From: Acholeplasmataceae bacterium
Lineage (GTDB): Bacteria > Bacillota_I > Bacilli_A > Acholeplasmatales > Acholeplasmataceae
Length of the DNA: 64,000 bases
NCBI GenBank assembly: GCA_963667565.1
Contig: OY763415.1
Coordinates: 512,001-576,000 of the forward strand
Direction: 5' to 3'
In this document: in pieces, positions 31,397 to 41,926 of the stretch
Numbering within the stretch: the first letter of the stretch is position 1
Layout: each line of letters opens with the position of its first letter
Made by a program: the position numbers and the translations under genes
The notes under the pieces: generated by a model
What the model was told of the DNA's origin: nothing
Database searches by the model: none
The model's input: the letters and a program-made list of their open reading frames with translations, nothing else

Positions 31397-32634
31397 CTTT
31401 TTTTATGTTTTAATTTATCCAATTGCTCGAGTCTATCAGCTAAAGCTTTTTCATAACTAGACTCTTTTTTTGGTATGTAATAAACATGTGATTGAATTTT
31501 TTCTGGTAAATACTGTTGTTCGTTGATGCTATTTTCATCAGCATGAGGGTATTTATAAATTTCAGGATTTTTAGCAATTTCACGATTACTTGCTTGTGGA
31601 GGAATAGCTCCACAGTCTTCATTTTGATAAACTTCCATAGCTTTGTCTAAAGCAAGATACCCAGTATTAGATTTAGGAGATAATGCCATATCTACAACAA
31701 TGACTGACAATATAATTCTTGCTTCTGGCAATCCTACTTTTAATGCACTTTCACAAGCACTTGCTACTTTAACACCCATCATGGGATTTGCAAGCCCAAT
31801 ATCTTCATATGCAATCACTAAAAGTCGTCTGATAATGGATTGAAGATCTTCTAAAGTAATCAGTCTTGCTAAATAATGAACACTTGCATCTACATCAGAA
31901 CCTCTAATGGATTTTTGTAATGCAGATAATAAGTCATAAAAATTATCTTGATTTTTATCTAAATCATGATGAACTTTACCACTGACTCTATAAACAACAT
32001 CTGAAGTTAATAAGTCTCCATCTTCTAAAAGAAGAGATGAGCTTTCAAGAATGTTTAATGCAGTTCTAATTTCATGATTTGATAGTCTTACAATAGCATC
32101 TAATGCACTTTGATCAATTCTAATATCTACATCTAATTCTTTTAATGCTTTTTTAATCGCTAAACCAATAGATGCTTCATCTAATTTCTTTACTTCATAT
32201 AAATGGCATCTAGAGCGAATCGCCATATTAATACTTTGATATGGGTTTAATGTCGTCAATCCTATAATAGTGACATGACCGTTTTCAAGAAATGGTAGCA
32301 AATAATCTTGGATATCAGTTTTCATTCGATGGATTTCATCGATGATTAATAAAACATCATGATAAGCAGTCATATCGATGATATCTTTAAGCTTTGCTTT
32401 GTTATCCGTTGATGCATTATAAAAATATGTATCTAATTTAGATTGAGCTGCAAAGATACTTGCGATGGTAGTTTTTCCTGTTCCAGGAGGACCGTAAAGT
32501 ATAAAAGACATCAGTTTATGCTTTTTAAGCATAACATTTAAAACACCTTCATGTCCAATGAGGTGGTCTTGTCCAAATATATCTTCAAATTGAGTGGGTC
32601 TCATGCGATATGCTAGAGGTATCATTATTATCAC
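31393..32634 (-). CDS. rarA: Replication-associated recombination protein A (MgsA/RarA)
   Basis: PLAYRMRP, GPPGTGKTT, IDEIHR and SALQKSIRGSD motifs; start may be 32625. Confidence 0.95.
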   Translation of the reverse strand: MIIMIPLAYRMRPTQFEDIFGQDHLIGHEGVLNVMLKKHKLMSFILYGPPGTGKTTIASIFAAQSKLDTYFYNASTDNKAKLKDIIDMTAYHDVLLIIDEIHRMKTDIQDYLLPFLENGHVTIIGLTTLNPYQSINMAIRSRCHLYEVKKLDEASIGLAIKKALKELDVDIRIDQSALDAIVRLSNHEIRTALNILESSSLLLEDGDLLTSDVVYRVSGKVHHDLDKNQDNFYDLLSALQKSIRGSDVDASVHYLARLITLEDLQSIIRRLLVIAYEDIGLANPMMGVKVASACESALKVGLPEARIILSVIVVDMALSPKSNTGYLALDKAMEVYQNEDCGAIPPQASNREIAKNPEIYKYPHADENSINEQQYLPEKIQSHVYYIPKKESSYEKALADRLEQLDKLKHKKR

Positions 32635-32727
32635 CTACACTCATTATAGCATACTTGATAAAAGATAAAATAATATGGTAGAATAATATAGTATTATTAA
32701 TACTATGATTGGCTTTGGAGGCTTAAA

Positions 32728-33240
32728 ATGGACTTAAAAAAATATATTGCAGATGTGCCAGATTTTCCAAAAGAAGGGATTTTATTTAGAGATATAACAC
32801 CATTGATGTTAGATGGTGATGCATATAGATATGCAGCTGATGAATTTACGAAATTTGCAAAGGAAAGAAATGCAAATGTGATCGTAGGTCCTGAAGCAAG
32901 AGGTTTTATTTTTGGTTGCCCAGTTGCAACTAATTTAGGTGTAGGATTTGCACCGGTTAGAAAACCTAATAAATTACCAAGAGAAACTGTAACTGAAGCT
33001 TATGATTTAGAATATGGTTCAAATGAATTATCAATTCATGCAGATTCTATTAAACCTGGAGACAAAGTCTTAATCATTGATGACCTACTCGCAACAGGCG
33101 GTACAATGGCTGCAACCATTAAACTTGTAGAAAAATTAGGTGGAGAAGTTGTTGGATTAGCATTCTTAATTGAACTTGCTGATTTAGATGGAAGAGATAA
33201 ATTAGGTAATTATGATATACTTACATTAATTACTTATTAG
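32728..33240 (+). CDS. apt: Adenine phosphoribosyltransferase
   Basis: [24 protein letters not shown] and [10 protein letters not shown] motifs. Confidence 0.97.
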   Translation: MDLKKYIADVPDFPKEGILFRDITPLMLDGDAYRYAADEFTKFAKERNANVIVGPEARGFIFGCPVATNLGVGFAPVRKPNKLPRETVTEAYDLEYGSNELSIHADSIKPGDKVLIIDDLLATGGTMAATIKLVEKLGGEVVGLAFLIELADLDGRDKLGNYDILTLITY

Positions 33241-33251
33241 GAAGTGTTTAA

Positions 33252-35432
33252 ATGCAAGATTTATTATTTGATTCTTTAGCTGAAGGTTTTTCTTCATACA
33301 TTCATAACGAACACGATATTGAACAAATAAGAAAAGCTTATCAAATCGCTAAAGACAAGCATACGGGTCAGATGAGAAAAACAGGTGATCCGTATATTAC
33401 ACATCCGATTGCAGTTGCAAAAATATTAACTGAACTAACTGCAGGCCCAGCAACGATTATTGCCGCACTTCTTCATGATACTGTTGAAGATACAGACTAC
33501 ACATTAGAAGAAGTTGAAAAAGAGTTTGGTTCAGATGTTGCAGCAATGGTTGATGGTGTAACAAAAATTGGTAAATTGTCTTTTAATACTGTCGCTTCAC
33601 AAGCAGATAACCATCAAAAAATGTTATTAGCTATGGCGAAAGATATTCGTGTTGTCTTAATAAAGATAGCCGATAGATTACACAATATTAGAACGCTACA
33701 ATCAATGACACCTGAAAAACAATATCGGATTGCAAGTGAAACTTTAGAAATTTATGCACCCTTGGCTCATCGCCTAGGGATTTTTAGAATAAAAGCAGAA
33801 TTAGAGGATAAATCATTAAGATATACGGATCCTCCAATGTACTATAGAGTCTCAAATATGATTCAAGCTAAAAAAGAAGAAAGAGAAGCATCTATTGGAC
33901 AAATAATTGATAAAGTTCAAGAGTTGTTTGTCCATAATGATTTAGTTGAGTATGAAATTAAGGGACGTATCAAAAATATTTATAGTATTTACAAAAAAAT
34001 GGTTAGAGATAATCGAGCTTTTGAAGATATATATGACTTATTAGCAGTAAGAATTATCGTAGATAAAGTAGAGCAATGTTATCAAGCATTAGGTCTTATT
34101 CACGCTAATTTTACGCCAATTCCAAGACGCTTTAAAGATTATATAGCCGTACCTAAACCGAACATGTATCAGTCGCTTCATACGACTGTTTTATCAGAAG
34201 ATGGAACATTGTTTGAAGTCCAAATTCGTACACATGAAATGGATCAAATTGCTGAATATGGGATTGCTGCTCACTGGGCATACAAAGAAAATAAAACATA
34301 CTCAAAAGAAAGAGAACAATTTGAAATTGCTCAAAAACTTAAATGGTATGGAGATTTGCTTAAAATGAGTGAGGATAGTGATGAAACTGAAGCAGGTGCT
34401 AAGGAGTTTGTATCCACAATTAAAGGTGATATTCTTGATGCTAATGTCTATGTGTTTACACCAAAAGGTGAAGTCATAGAATTACCAAAAGGTGCTACAC
34501 CAATCGACTTTGCATATCGCATTCATACTGATGTTGGAAATAAAATGGTAGGTGCAATTGTAAACAATCGTATCGTCACGCTTGATTATGAACTTGCGAC
34601 TGGTGATATTGTAAGTGTTAAGACAAATAAAAATCAAGAAGGACCAAGTGAAGATTGGTTAAAGATTGCTAAATCATCTCATGCTAAACATAAAATTAAG
34701 AGTCATTTAAATAAACAAAATCGCGATCAACTTATTCAAATTGGAGAATCTTTATTAGATAAAGAAATTACATCTCAAAAGATTGATCATACCAAAATCG
34801 ATGATGCTTTTGTCAAGAAAAACTTTGAGAAAAACATGCTAGAAAATGTCATTGATCTCTATCTTGAAATAGGTAAAGGATTAATCAGTCCTAAAACAGT
34901 AGTTCAAAAAGTTTTAGGTCGTGAAGTTGATAGAGAACAAATGCTTCAACGACAAATGGAAAAAGCAGCAAGACAGTTAACTACTCATCATGAAACTGGT
35001 GTTGTTATTGATGGTTTATCAAGTCCTCAAATTAAATTAGCAAATTGTTGTCTTCCTATTCCTGGAGATCCTATTTTAGGATTTGTGTCAAAAACTAGTG
35101 GTATTGTTATTCATAATGCTGCATGTCCAAATTGTAAGCAATTTGATGAAAATAGATTAATTGAAGTTTTTTGGTCAGACCAAATTGAAAGAAAATATCC
35201 TACAAGAATTAAAATTGTTGGAACAGCAAGACCAACTTTATTAACTGAAGTAGTCACTGCTGTTAATGCGATGAGTATTGCAATTGCGGAAGTTAACGCA
35301 ATGACATCTTCAAATCTTGAGATGACGATAAAACTTAAAGTGTCGATTAATGATTTACAAACATTAAACAATGTCATGGTCAATATTAAAAAAGTAAGTG
35401 ACATTACACTTGTTGAGCGTGATTTCCAATGA
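33252..35432 (+). CDS. rel: Bifunctional (p)ppGpp synthetase/hydrolase Rel
   Basis: HD domain (LHDTVED), synthetase (YQSLHT, EVQIRT), TGS and ACT domains. Confidence 0.97.
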   Translation: MQDLLFDSLAEGFSSYIHNEHDIEQIRKAYQIAKDKHTGQMRKTGDPYITHPIAVAKILTELTAGPATIIAALLHDTVEDTDYTLEEVEKEFGSDVAAMVDGVTKIGKLSFNTVASQADNHQKMLLAMAKDIRVVLIKIADRLHNIRTLQSMTPEKQYRIASETLEIYAPLAHRLGIFRIKAELEDKSLRYTDPPMYYRVSNMIQAKKEEREASIGQIIDKVQELFVHNDLVEYEIKGRIKNIYSIYKKMVRDNRAFEDIYDLLAVRIIVDKVEQCYQALGLIHANFTPIPRRFKDYIAVPKPNMYQSLHTTVLSEDGTLFEVQIRTHEMDQIAEYGIAAHWAYKENKTYSKEREQFEIAQKLKWYGDLLKMSEDSDETEAGAKEFVSTIKGDILDANVYVFTPKGEVIELPKGATPIDFAYRIHTDVGNKMVGAIVNNRIVTLDYELATGDIVSVKTNKNQEGPSEDWLKIAKSSHAKHKIKSHLNKQNRDQLIQIGESLLDKEITSQKIDHTKIDDAFVKKNFEKNMLENVIDLYLEIGKGLISPKTVVQKVLGREVDREQMLQRQMEKAARQLTTHHETGVVIDGLSSPQIKLANCCLPIPGDPILGFVSKTSGIVIHNAACPNCKQFDENRLIEVFWSDQIERKYPTRIKIVGTARPTLLTEVVTAVNAMSIAIAEVNAMTSSNLEMTIKLKVSINDLQTLNNVMVNIKKVSDITLVERDFQ

Positions 35433-35863
35433 GAGTCGTTTGCCAAAGAGTCAGTGAAGCATCTGTTTTGGTGAATAAAGAAGTCGTCGGTCATATCAAT
35501 TTAGGCTATTTACTTTATGTTGGTTTTCACGAAGATGATACAAATATGCAAGTAAAAAAGATGGCAGATAAGATTTCAAAATTACGCATATTTGAAGATG
35601 AACAAGGCAAACTAAATTTAAACTTAAGTCAAGTTGGTGGAGAAATATTAGCTGTCTCACAATTTACCCTCTATGGTGATGTGAGTTCTAATCATAGACC
35701 CTCATTTACAAAAGCGTGTAAACCAGATCAAGCAGTCTTATTATATGAATTATTCATCAATGAATTAAGGTCATTATTTCATGTAGAGACTGGTATATTT
35801 CAAACGCATATGGAGGTTTCATCAGTTAACGATGGACCAGTCACCATTTTGATTGAATATTGA
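35429..35863 (+). CDS. dtd: D-aminoacyl-tRNA deacylase
   Basis: QRVSEASV, SQFTL and NDGPVT motifs. Confidence 0.96.
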   Translation: MRVVCQRVSEASVLVNKEVVGHINLGYLLYVGFHEDDTNMQVKKMADKISKLRIFEDEQGKLNLNLSQVGGEILAVSQFTLYGDVSSNHRPSFTKACKPDQAVLLYELFINELRSLFHVETGIFQTHMEVSSVNDGPVTILIEY

Positions 35864-35892
35864 TTGACAAAAAGTATCAAAAAAGATAAAAT
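35864..35892 (+). promoter_or_regulatory. Sigma-A promoter of the T-box-GNAT-hisS-aspS operon
   Basis: TTGACA-17nt-TAAAAT. Confidence 0.85.
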
Positions 35893-35910
35893 GAATTTAT
35901 AAATTGAATC

Positions 35911-36051
35911 GCCTGTGACAAAGGCATTTAACAGTTGTTAAATATGTGACACCTTTGGAGGCAAGTAAATCAATGAGGGCTAGAAGCAATTCTAGAACTA
36001 AGGTGGTACCGCGAATTTTCGTCCTTAGATTTTTTTAAGGACGTTTTTTTA
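35911..36051 (+). ncRNA. T-box riboswitch, probable Asp (GAC) specifier, very short Stem I
   Basis: AAGGTGGTACCGCG at 36000-36013; terminator 36020-36050; K-turn-based stem 35911-35962 with GAC at 35948-35950. Confidence 0.88.
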
Positions 36052-36062
36052 TAGAGGTAGGT

Positions 36063-36638
36063 ATGAATTTACTAAAACAAATGCCAATTAAATATTTTGA
36101 TCACTATATGTTAAGACCTATTAAAAAAAGTGATTATAAAGATATGTTTGAATATGGTAAAAGCAAAGAAGTTTGCCAATATTTGACATGGGGACCCATG
36201 TTTCATATAAGCGAAGCAAAAAAATCGATTAAATCTATTTTTCTGACTAGACCTAAAAAAGGGATTCCTGTTGGATATGCAATCGTGGATACACTTTTAG
36301 ATAAAATGATTGGTACGATCGATTTTCATACTAAAATCGAACATCAAAATGTTGTCGAGATTGGATATGTTTTAAATCAGTCTTATTGGAGTAAACATAT
36401 TATGTCACAAGCACTTAAAATTGTTACAGAAGTAGGGTTTGAAGTATATCAGTATGATAAAATAATCATTAAACATTTAAAAAACAATACTGCAAGTGGC
36501 AAAGTGATTAAAAATAATGGATATAAGTTTAAAAATAGTTATCCGTATCATTATGATAAGATAACACAGGTATTATCATCAGAAATGATGGTATATGAAT
36601 TGACTAAGGAGAATTATGATGAAAATAAATCGCGTTAA
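36063..36638 (+). CDS. GNAT acetyltransferase, RimJ/RimL-like
   Basis: LRP, MIGTI, EIGYVLNQSYW and NTASGKV motifs. Confidence 0.85.
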   Translation: MNLLKQMPIKYFDHYMLRPIKKSDYKDMFEYGKSKEVCQYLTWGPMFHISEAKKSIKSIFLTRPKKGIPVGYAIVDTLLDKMIGTIDFHTKIEHQNVVEIGYVLNQSYWSKHIMSQALKIVTEVGFEVYQYDKIIIKHLKNNTASGKVIKNNGYKFKNSYPYHYDKITQVLSSEMMVYELTKENYDENKSR

Positions 36639-37887
36639 AGGAACATATGATGTGCTCCCTCAAGAAAGTTATAAATGGCATACATTAGAATCAAAAATTA
36701 GAGAAATTACAGCGCTTTATGGATTCCATGAGATAAGAACACCGATGATGGAATATTCAGAAGTATTTCATCGAGAAAACGACTTATCAGATATGGTAAC
36801 TAAGGAAACTTACGATTTTTTTGATAGAAGTGATCGAAAATTAACGCTTCGACCTGAAGGTACCGCTGGTGTGATTAGAAGTTATGTTGAAAATAAGTTA
36901 TATGCTGACTTATCACTTCAAAAATTATATTATGTGGGGCCTAATTTTAGATACGAAAGACCACAAAAAGGTAGATATAGACAGTTTTATCAATTTGGAT
37001 TAGAAGCTGTTGGATCCATGGATCCTAGGGTGGATGCTGAAGTGATTAGCCTATCATATGATTTTATTCAAAATCTTGGTTTAAAAGGTGTTAAAGTAAG
37101 AATTAATAGTCTTGGTGATCAAACATCTAGAGATGCTTATCAAAGTGCTCTTAAATTACATTTTGAGCCACATAGAGCTGAACTTTGTGAGGATTGTCAA
37201 ACAAGAATTGACAAAAACCCACTAAGAATTCTTGATTGTAAAGTTGATCAAAATCATCAAGCACTTAAATCAGCACCGACACCGATTGAGTACTTAAATG
37301 AAGCATCTAAGACTTATTTTGAACAAGTCAAAGCATTTTTAGATGCACAAGGCGTTACATATGAAATAGCACCTAGATTGGTTAGAGGCTTAGATTATTA
37401 TAGCCATACAGTATTTGAAGTTGAAGCGATGATTGAAGGTTTTGGTGCCCAAAATGTATTGGGTGGTGGAGGACGCTATCAACAACTTGTAGAAGAACTT
37501 GGTGGACCAGAAACACCTGGGATTGGTGTAGCATTTGGTATGGAAAGATTACTGATGGCCATTGATTATGAAAATCCAGAGTTATATCATACAGATGGAT
37601 TGGATGCATATTTGATTACATTTGGTGATTCTCTAAATAAAGAAGCAGCTAAATTAATTCACGATTTAAGATTGACTGGCTTAAAAGCAGATATGAATTA
37701 CACTAACAAATCATTTAAAGGTCAATTAAAGGAAGCTTTAAGATATAACGCTAAATATATCATTTTCTTAGGCGAAGATGAGTATCAAAAAGGTATTATT
37801 GCAGTTAAAAATACAAAAACAGAAATTCAAGAAGATGTGAAATCAGAAGAAGTGGTTTCATATTTAATCAAACAATGTGCGGAGTAG
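36616..37887 (+). CDS. hisS: Histidine--tRNA ligase
   Basis: LRPEGTAG, FRYERPQKGRYRQF, LVRGLDYY and GGGRY motifs. Confidence 0.97.
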   Translation: MMKINRVKGTYDVLPQESYKWHTLESKIREITALYGFHEIRTPMMEYSEVFHRENDLSDMVTKETYDFFDRSDRKLTLRPEGTAGVIRSYVENKLYADLSLQKLYYVGPNFRYERPQKGRYRQFYQFGLEAVGSMDPRVDAEVISLSYDFIQNLGLKGVKVRINSLGDQTSRDAYQSALKLHFEPHRAELCEDCQTRIDKNPLRILDCKVDQNHQALKSAPTPIEYLNEASKTYFEQVKAFLDAQGVTYEIAPRLVRGLDYYSHTVFEVEAMIEGFGAQNVLGGGGRYQQLVEELGGPETPGIGVAFGMERLLMAIDYENPELYHTDGLDAYLITFGDSLNKEAAKLIHDLRLTGLKADMNYTNKSFKGQLKEALRYNAKYIIFLGEDEYQKGIIAVKNTKTEIQEDVKSEEVVSYLIKQCAE

Positions 37888-37891
37888 AACT

Positions 37892-39607
37892 ATGAAATAT
37901 ACACATCATAACAATGAATTAACAATGAAACAAGTAGGTCAAGAAGTATTCTTAAAAGGTTGGGTACAAAAAGCCCGCAATTTAGGAGGACTCATTTTTG
38001 TTGACTTAAGAGATAGAAAAGGTATTACACAACTTGTTATTAGACCAGAAAATAATGCATATGAAACAGCACTTAAATTAAGAAGTGAATTTGTCATTGA
38101 AGCTAAAGGCATCGTCGTCGAAAGAGAAAGTAAAAATGCAAATATGCTTACAGGTGAAATTGAAATTGATGTTACACATCTTAACATCTTAAGCCAAGCA
38201 TTAACACCACCAATTAGTGTGTTAAATGATAGTGATGCACTAGAAGAGACAAGATTAAAATATCGTTATTTAGATTTGAGAAGACCGATGATGCAAAATT
38301 ATTTAATTCAAAGACATAAAATTGTTCAAGCCATTAGAAAAGTGTTGGTCAATGAAGAATTTTTAGAAATTGAAACACCTATCTTGGGAAAATCAACACC
38401 TGAAGGTGCAAGAGATTATTTAGTTCCATCTCGTCTTTATGAAGGTCAATTTTATGCATTACCTCAATCACCTCAAATATATAAGCAATTATTTATGGTT
38501 GCAGGATTAGAAAAATATTTCCAAATCGCGAAATGTTTTAGAGATGAAGATTTAAGAGCAGATAGACAGCCAGAATTCACACAAGTCGATATTGAGGCTT
38601 CTTTTGTTGAGCCTGAAGATATTCAAGGCTTGGTTGAAAAAATCTTAAAACAAGCCTTTAAAGACGTTTTAGACGTTGATATCGCAACTCCGTTTGCTCA
38701 TATGTCTTATAAAGAAGCTATGGAATCTTATGGTAGTGATAAACCTGATACAAGATATGGTATGCTTATTCAAGATTATAAAACTTTATTTGAAAGCATT
38801 GATCTTCCATTATTTAATGGCAAAGATGAAATCAGAGGTTTACGCCTAGAAAATTCAAGTGATTTATCACGTAAACAAATAGATGCACTTACATTACATG
38901 TTAAGAAAAATCATGGTGAAGCACTTGCATTTTTGAAGAAACAAGATGGAGAAATTAAAGGAAGCATTTTAAAATTTGTTGATGAAAACATATTAAATAC
39001 ATTAAATATATTAGAAGGTGAAACGATATTCTTTGTTCCTGGTCGTTATCAAGATGTTTTAGATGCACTTGGAGCACTTAGAATTGAACTTGCAAATATG
39101 TATAATCTTATTGATCCTAATCAATATGCATTTTTATGGGTCGTTGATTGGCCACTTCTTGAATATAGCGAAGAAGAAGGAAGATTTTATGCTAAGCATC
39201 ACCCATTTACTGCACCAGATGATGTAGAAAAACTTAAAAATAATCCAAAAGATGCAATGGCAAAAGCATATGATATCGTCTTAAACGGTTATGAAATAGG
39301 TGGAGGATCAATTAGAATCCATAATCAAGATGTTCAACAATTAATGTTTGAAACACTAGGATTAAGTGAAACAGATGTCAAAGAACGTTTTGGATTTTTT
39401 GTCGATGCACTAAAATATGGAACACCTCCTCATGGTGGTCTAGCTTTAGGTTTGGACAGAATTGTTATGCTTATGACACATACAGCAAATATTAAAGATG
39501 TTGTGGCTTTTCCAAAAACACAAAGTGCTAAAGACCAAATGATGCAAGCACCTTCCTTAGTTGAAGAAATTCAATTGGATGAATTACATTTAAAGGTTGG
39601 TGAATAG
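37892..39607 (+). CDS. aspS: Aspartate--tRNA ligase
   Basis: RLKYRYLDLRR, STPEGARDYLVP, FRDEDLRADRQPEF and PPHGGLALGLDR motifs. Confidence 0.97.
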   Translation: MKYTHHNNELTMKQVGQEVFLKGWVQKARNLGGLIFVDLRDRKGITQLVIRPENNAYETALKLRSEFVIEAKGIVVERESKNANMLTGEIEIDVTHLNILSQALTPPISVLNDSDALEETRLKYRYLDLRRPMMQNYLIQRHKIVQAIRKVLVNEEFLEIETPILGKSTPEGARDYLVPSRLYEGQFYALPQSPQIYKQLFMVAGLEKYFQIAKCFRDEDLRADRQPEFTQVDIEASFVEPEDIQGLVEKILKQAFKDVLDVDIATPFAHMSYKEAMESYGSDKPDTRYGMLIQDYKTLFESIDLPLFNGKDEIRGLRLENSSDLSRKQIDALTLHVKKNHGEALAFLKKQDGEIKGSILKFVDENILNTLNILEGETIFFVPGRYQDVLDALGALRIELANMYNLIDPNQYAFLWVVDWPLLEYSEEEGRFYAKHHPFTAPDDVEKLKNNPKDAMAKAYDIVLNGYEIGGGSIRIHNQDVQQLMFETLGLSETDVKERFGFFVDALKYGTPPHGGLALGLDRIVMLMTHTANIKDVVAFPKTQSAKDQMMQAPSLVEEIQLDELHLKVGE

Positions 39608-39608
39608 T

Positions 39609-40106
39609 ATGAACCATGTAATCTTAGCAGGTGGATGTTTTTGGGGTGTTGAAGCGTATTTTAAGGCATTAAAAGGCGTTTTAGAGACATCAGTAGGTTA
39701 TATTGATGGGAATAAAAGAAATCCATCATATCAAGAAGTATGTCATGGCATAGCGACACATACAGAAGCTGTTGAATTATATTATGATGAAAAAAATATC
39801 ACTTTAGAACAAATCTTAGAACACTTTTTACGATTTGTCGATCCATTTAGCATCAATAGACAAGGCCATGATATTGGTGCACAATATCGTAGTGGAGTTT
39901 ATGTTGATCATGTAGAAGATATGAATAGAGTCAATGATTTTTTTAAATCTTATTTTGGAAAAGATTATGACAAAGTGCAAATCAAAGTTAAAATTAAAAA
40001 CGATTATGATTTAGCGGAAACTTATCATCAAAAATATTTAGATAAAAATCCAGGTGGTTATTGTCATGTTGACTTAAATCTAATCAAAGAGGATGAAAAA
40101 AAGTGA
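39609..40106 (+). CDS. msrA: Peptide methionine sulfoxide reductase A
   Basis: AGGCFWG and YHQKYLDKNPGGYCH motifs. Confidence 0.95.
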   Translation: MNHVILAGGCFWGVEAYFKALKGVLETSVGYIDGNKRNPSYQEVCHGIATHTEAVELYYDEKNITLEQILEHFLRFVDPFSINRQGHDIGAQYRSGVYVDHVEDMNRVNDFFKSYFGKDYDKVQIKVKIKNDYDLAETYHQKYLDKNPGGYCHVDLNLIKEDEKK

Positions 40107-40582
40107 AAAGAGAAAAATATATTTCATGGGATCAATATTTCATGGGTGTTGCAAAGTTATCAGCACTAAGAAGTAAGGATCCTGATACACAAGTTGGTGC
40201 GTGCATCGTCAATCAAGAAAAACGTATTATTGGTATCGGTTATAATGGTTTCCCTCAAGGGTGTGATGACCACATTTTTCCATGGAAAAAAGAAGGAACA
40301 CTAACTGAAACTAAATATCCTTATGTTGTTCATGCAGAAGCAAACGCGATTTTAAATGCAACACAATCCTTAAAGGATTCAAAGATATTTGTTACTTTGT
40401 TTCCATGTAATGAATGTGCTAAATTAATCATCCAAAGTGGTATTAAAGAAATTATATTTGAATCAAATAAGTATGAACATACAGAAACACATCAAGCAGC
40501 AATTAAAATGCTCAATGCATCTGGTGTTACATATAGACAAGTCAAAGCTGGCGAATTAGTATATGAAGAAATTTCTAAGTGA
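40103..40582 (+). CDS. dCMP deaminase (ComEB family)
   Basis: GYNG, HAEANAI and PCNECAK motifs. Confidence 0.93.
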   Translation: MKREKYISWDQYFMGVAKLSALRSKDPDTQVGACIVNQEKRIIGIGYNGFPQGCDDHIFPWKKEGTLTETKYPYVVHAEANAILNATQSLKDSKIFVTLFPCNECAKLIIQSGIKEIIFESNKYEHTETHQAAIKMLNASGVTYRQVKAGELVYEEISK

Positions 40583-41549
40583 TCATCTAAAAATTGTAGT
40601 TAGCATTGTGATTATTTATGTGATGCTATTGATCTTTTTTTGTACGCCTACAAATTATGCTATTATTGCTCCAGGTGGTGTCACAAATCTTAGTCAAGCA
40701 TTTACGATAGATCAAGTTGAAATGGATGACCATTTCTATTCGATTTATGTGTATTCACAAGATCCAATTACGCTTTTTCAATATGTTCTACTAAGAAATA
40801 ATCCAAATTATGAAATATCCTTAATGACAACTAGACAAACAGATACATCAATTCTTGATGGTGTTGTACAAGGAAATATTTCTAAGATTGCATCATATCA
40901 AACATCATTGATTAAAGCTTATGAACTTGCACATATTAAAGACGAATTGATTACAATTGATTATGATTATTTAGGTTTAATCATTTATGACTTTCCTAGA
41001 CGTATAAACGAAATTAGTATTGGTGATTTAATTATAGGCGTAGATGGATATAACCTTAGTGAATCTAATTTTGAAGATTCAAAATCACTTGCATATCAAA
41101 GAGAAGTTGAATATACAATCCAAAGAAGTGATGGTAGTATCTATACTTATACATATCAGTATCAGGAAGATGATGTCTTATTTTGGTTTTTTCCTTCTTA
41201 TGATATCAAAGATGCAAATCCAAGTTTCTCATATAGCAATTTCAATGTCATTGGAGGTTCAAGTGGCGGACTTATGCAAACATTGAATATTTATGTAAGT
41301 TTACTAAAACTAAACTTAACACATGTAAAAATTGCAGGTACAGGGACGATTGAGATGGATGGAAGTATCGGAAAAATTGGCGGCATTAGAGAAAAAATTA
41401 TTACTGCAGAACGCGAAAAAATGGATGTATTTTTCATTCCAGAATCACATATTGATGATATTACAGGGTTAAGTTATTCATATGAATTGGTTGTTGTAAA
41501 TACCATAGATGAGGCGGTTAATTGGCTTTATGAAAACGTTATTCGGTAA
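40563..41549 (+). CDS. YlbL-like membrane-anchored PDZ/Lon (S16) protease
   Basis: N-terminal TM; GGSSGGLM (Ser), IAGTGTI, IGGIREK (Lys). Confidence 0.82.
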   Translation: MKKFLSDHLKIVVSIVIIYVMLLIFFCTPTNYAIIAPGGVTNLSQAFTIDQVEMDDHFYSIYVYSQDPITLFQYVLLRNNPNYEISLMTTRQTDTSILDGVVQGNISKIASYQTSLIKAYELAHIKDELITIDYDYLGLIIYDFPRRINEISIGDLIIGVDGYNLSESNFEDSKSLAYQREVEYTIQRSDGSIYTYTYQYQEDDVLFWFFPSYDIKDANPSFSYSNFNVIGGSSGGLMQTLNIYVSLLKLNLTHVKIAGTGTIEMDGSIGKIGGIREKIITAEREKMDVFFIPESHIDDITGLSYSYELVVVNTIDEAVNWLYENVIR

Positions 41550-41916
41550 ATTAACACTACTTTATCAAAGATATAAAGTGACCAATAAAAGATTACATCA
41601 AATCATTGATGGTAAAACCGCACTTAAAGCAACTTTATATGCGATTATCATGAGCATATTTGTCATCAGTTTGCCGATGGCGATCGTCATTAATATGTTT
41701 ATATTTACTAAACTTGCAATTTTTTTATCAATTTTAATTGTAGTTTTAATATTATTATGGGTTCTCTTATACTATAAGTTTTATTTTATCTTACTTAGAA
41801 ATTATAATGATAAGGTCAATGATGTAAACACAGTCTATATATTTTGGGTAGAAACAAGTTTTATTAATTTTATCTTAATATGGATTTCTATCATCGTTAT
41901 CTCAATTCTTATTTAA
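41530..41916 (+). CDS. Hypothetical membrane protein
   Basis: Three hydrophobic segments in an operon context. Confidence 0.7.
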   Translation: MKTLFGKLTLLYQRYKVTNKRLHQIIDGKTALKATLYAIIMSIFVISLPMAIVINMFIFTKLAIFLSILIVVLILLWVLLYYKFYFILLRNYNDKVNDVNTVYIFWVETSFINFILIWISIIVISILI

Positions 41917-41926
41917 AGGAGTTATT

